From assembly GCF_006345805.1 (NCBI RefSeq), contig NC_043011.1, positions 32,934,464-32,998,463 on the forward strand: DNA of 64,000 nucleotides, read 5' to 3'. The first letter of the stretch is position 1. Each line of letters starts with the position of its first letter. The position numbers and the translations under genes were made by a program. The notes beneath the pieces were generated by a model. It had not been told where the DNA came from and made no database searches. It saw nothing but the letters and a program-made list of their open reading frames with translations. The stretch is from Octopus sinensis. Its lineage: Eukaryota. Below are positions 62,532-64,000 of this stretch, in pieces.

Positions 62532-62688
62532 ACGATCGTTTTGTACAGAGATATCATGATAATGTAAATAATATCAACGTACTCTTCAGTGCAGGAAGTA
62601 GAAATCATAACACAAAGAACTTGAGAAGGAATATAGCAGAAAATTTGGATCTAGGAGATTCATATTGTTATCCATATGAGAAAGTGAT
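62532..62688 (+). CDS. Candidate internal exon (DDRFVQRYHDNVNNINVLFSAGSRNHNTKNLRRNIAENLDLGDSYCYPYEKV)
   Basis: Acceptor TTAATTCTTGCAG, donor GAT|GTGAGT, 157 nt open in phase 1 to phase 2; phase-compatible with the 21722-21848 exon. Confidence 0.4.
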
Positions 62689-63164
62689 GTGAGTCATGTT
62701 GGATATTTAACCATAACTAATGGCTTCAACGGATATTTGAAGATATAAGTAAAGCGGCATTGCAGATGTTCCTTCTATAGATGAGTATGGAAATTAGAGA
62801 TTTAAACTCCAAATAAGTAGCATAGGGCAAATATGTATTAGAAATGCCCAATGGAAAGACATTCCTAGGTTTGAATTAAAAGATGAACTAACTGTTGAAA
62901 TCATTACGTAGTATAATGTATTTAAAAAAAACCTTGTAAATGGATTTGGTAGACAGAAACTGAAAATATTGTCTGTGTTTGAGTGTACCCTTGTCTTGAT
63001 ACCAGAAGATGGTTGTAAATGAGAGTTACTGTCATTTTCAGTCTTCTGTGAAAAACATTTCTAGGTATGTGAAAATACTACCTTGCTTGGAAATGGTTGA
63101 GGGTTGGCAACTGGAAGGGCATCTGGCCAGAGAAAATTCTGACTCAACAAATTCTATTTGACCC

Positions 63165-63356
63165 ATGCAAGCATGGAGAAGTGGATGCTATAAGAAATAT
63201 ATATATACATATATATAGCTATAGATGTGCAGGCATGGCAGTGTGATAAGAAGTTTGTTTCTCAACCACATGGTTTGGGTTCAGTCCTTCTGCATGGCAC
63301 CTTGGGCAAGTGTCTTGTGAGTGAATTTGGTTGATGGAAACTGAAAAAAGCCCATC

Positions 63357-63399
<43 letters not shown>

Positions 63400-63510
63400 T
63401 ATGCGTGTGTGTGTTTTTGTGTTTATGTTCGTTCTCCATTACCACTTGGTAATCAGTGTTGGTGTGTTTACATCCCCGTAACTTAGCTATTTGGCAAAAA
63501 AGACTGATAG
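63165..63510 (+). mobile_element. SINE family A (older)
   Basis: Head and body signatures. Confidence 0.8.
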
Positions 63511-64000
63511 ATTAGCCATGTGGTTAGGAAGCAAGCTTCATACCTGTGCCTGTAAGAGCTATATCAGTGTGACTTGTGGTTCCGGCAACACTATGGAAGT
63601 GTCTGTATATTTTCCTACACTTGACTTCCTATCTATACTTATTATGAATCAGACATTGCTGCCCTAATTGGCTTTTTTTTTTTTTTTCTTGTAAATGGGG
63701 ACAGTAGTGTTAAAACAGCATCATTGGGGCTATTGATTTGATGCCATAATAGCCAGCCAACTCCCAAGATTATAAAACCACTTGCAGCTAATTACTTAAT
63801 GCACTCACTTCATGAATAATCAATGCAATGATAAACTCCCTTTAGTTAACTTCGAAATGCCAATTTCTTTTCTTGTTTCTACTTTTCATTCTATAATTAA
63901 TAAGTGACACTTGCAGGGAGCGATTGCTTCTGTTGGACCATACTCTTTTACGATGGTAATATTATCAAGAGACACATAACAGTTAAATATAATCAATTAT

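Noticed and set aside
551-63400. Numerous YIYIYI, CVCV, THTH and MYVC ORFs in the supplied track
   Set aside because: They are translations of (TA)n, (CA)n and (ATGT)n microsatellites and of SINE bodies, not genes.

Overview
AT-rich, repeat-saturated eukaryotic DNA. It is most likely an octopus (cephalopod) genome; this is inferred from the repeat families and microsatellite load, not from a database match. A large share of the window is transposon debris: about 20 copies or fragments of a tRNA-headed CORE-like SINE (family A), several other SINE families, RTE-clade LINE fragments and their stand-alone (GAT)n-tailed 3' ends, an R4/Dong-like LINE end, Penelope-like fragments, mariner (DD34D), maT (DD37D) and other Tc1/mariner relics, and a non-autonomous Helitron. 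No complete protein-coding gene can be named. The best genic signal is a plus-strand signal-peptide-type first exon at 21722-21848 behind a CpG-containing promoter-like region, with weaker candidate exons downstream (best: 62532-62688). Almost all ORFs in the supplied track are microsatellite or repeat artefacts. The most interesting pattern is a recurring set of minimal type-I hammerhead-ribozyme motifs (7.4, 34.1, 43.7 kb; degenerate or partial at 3.9, 19.1, 22.7, 26.0 kb). Most of them sit at the pivot of fold-back inverted repeats, and one is the tail of a tRNA-headed SINE. Also notable are a locally templated mosaic insertion (40.0-40.25 kb), a near-identical 916-bp tandem duplication bounded by (TA)n, and a three-copy conserved ~90-bp module (6.4 and 11.8-12.0 kb).
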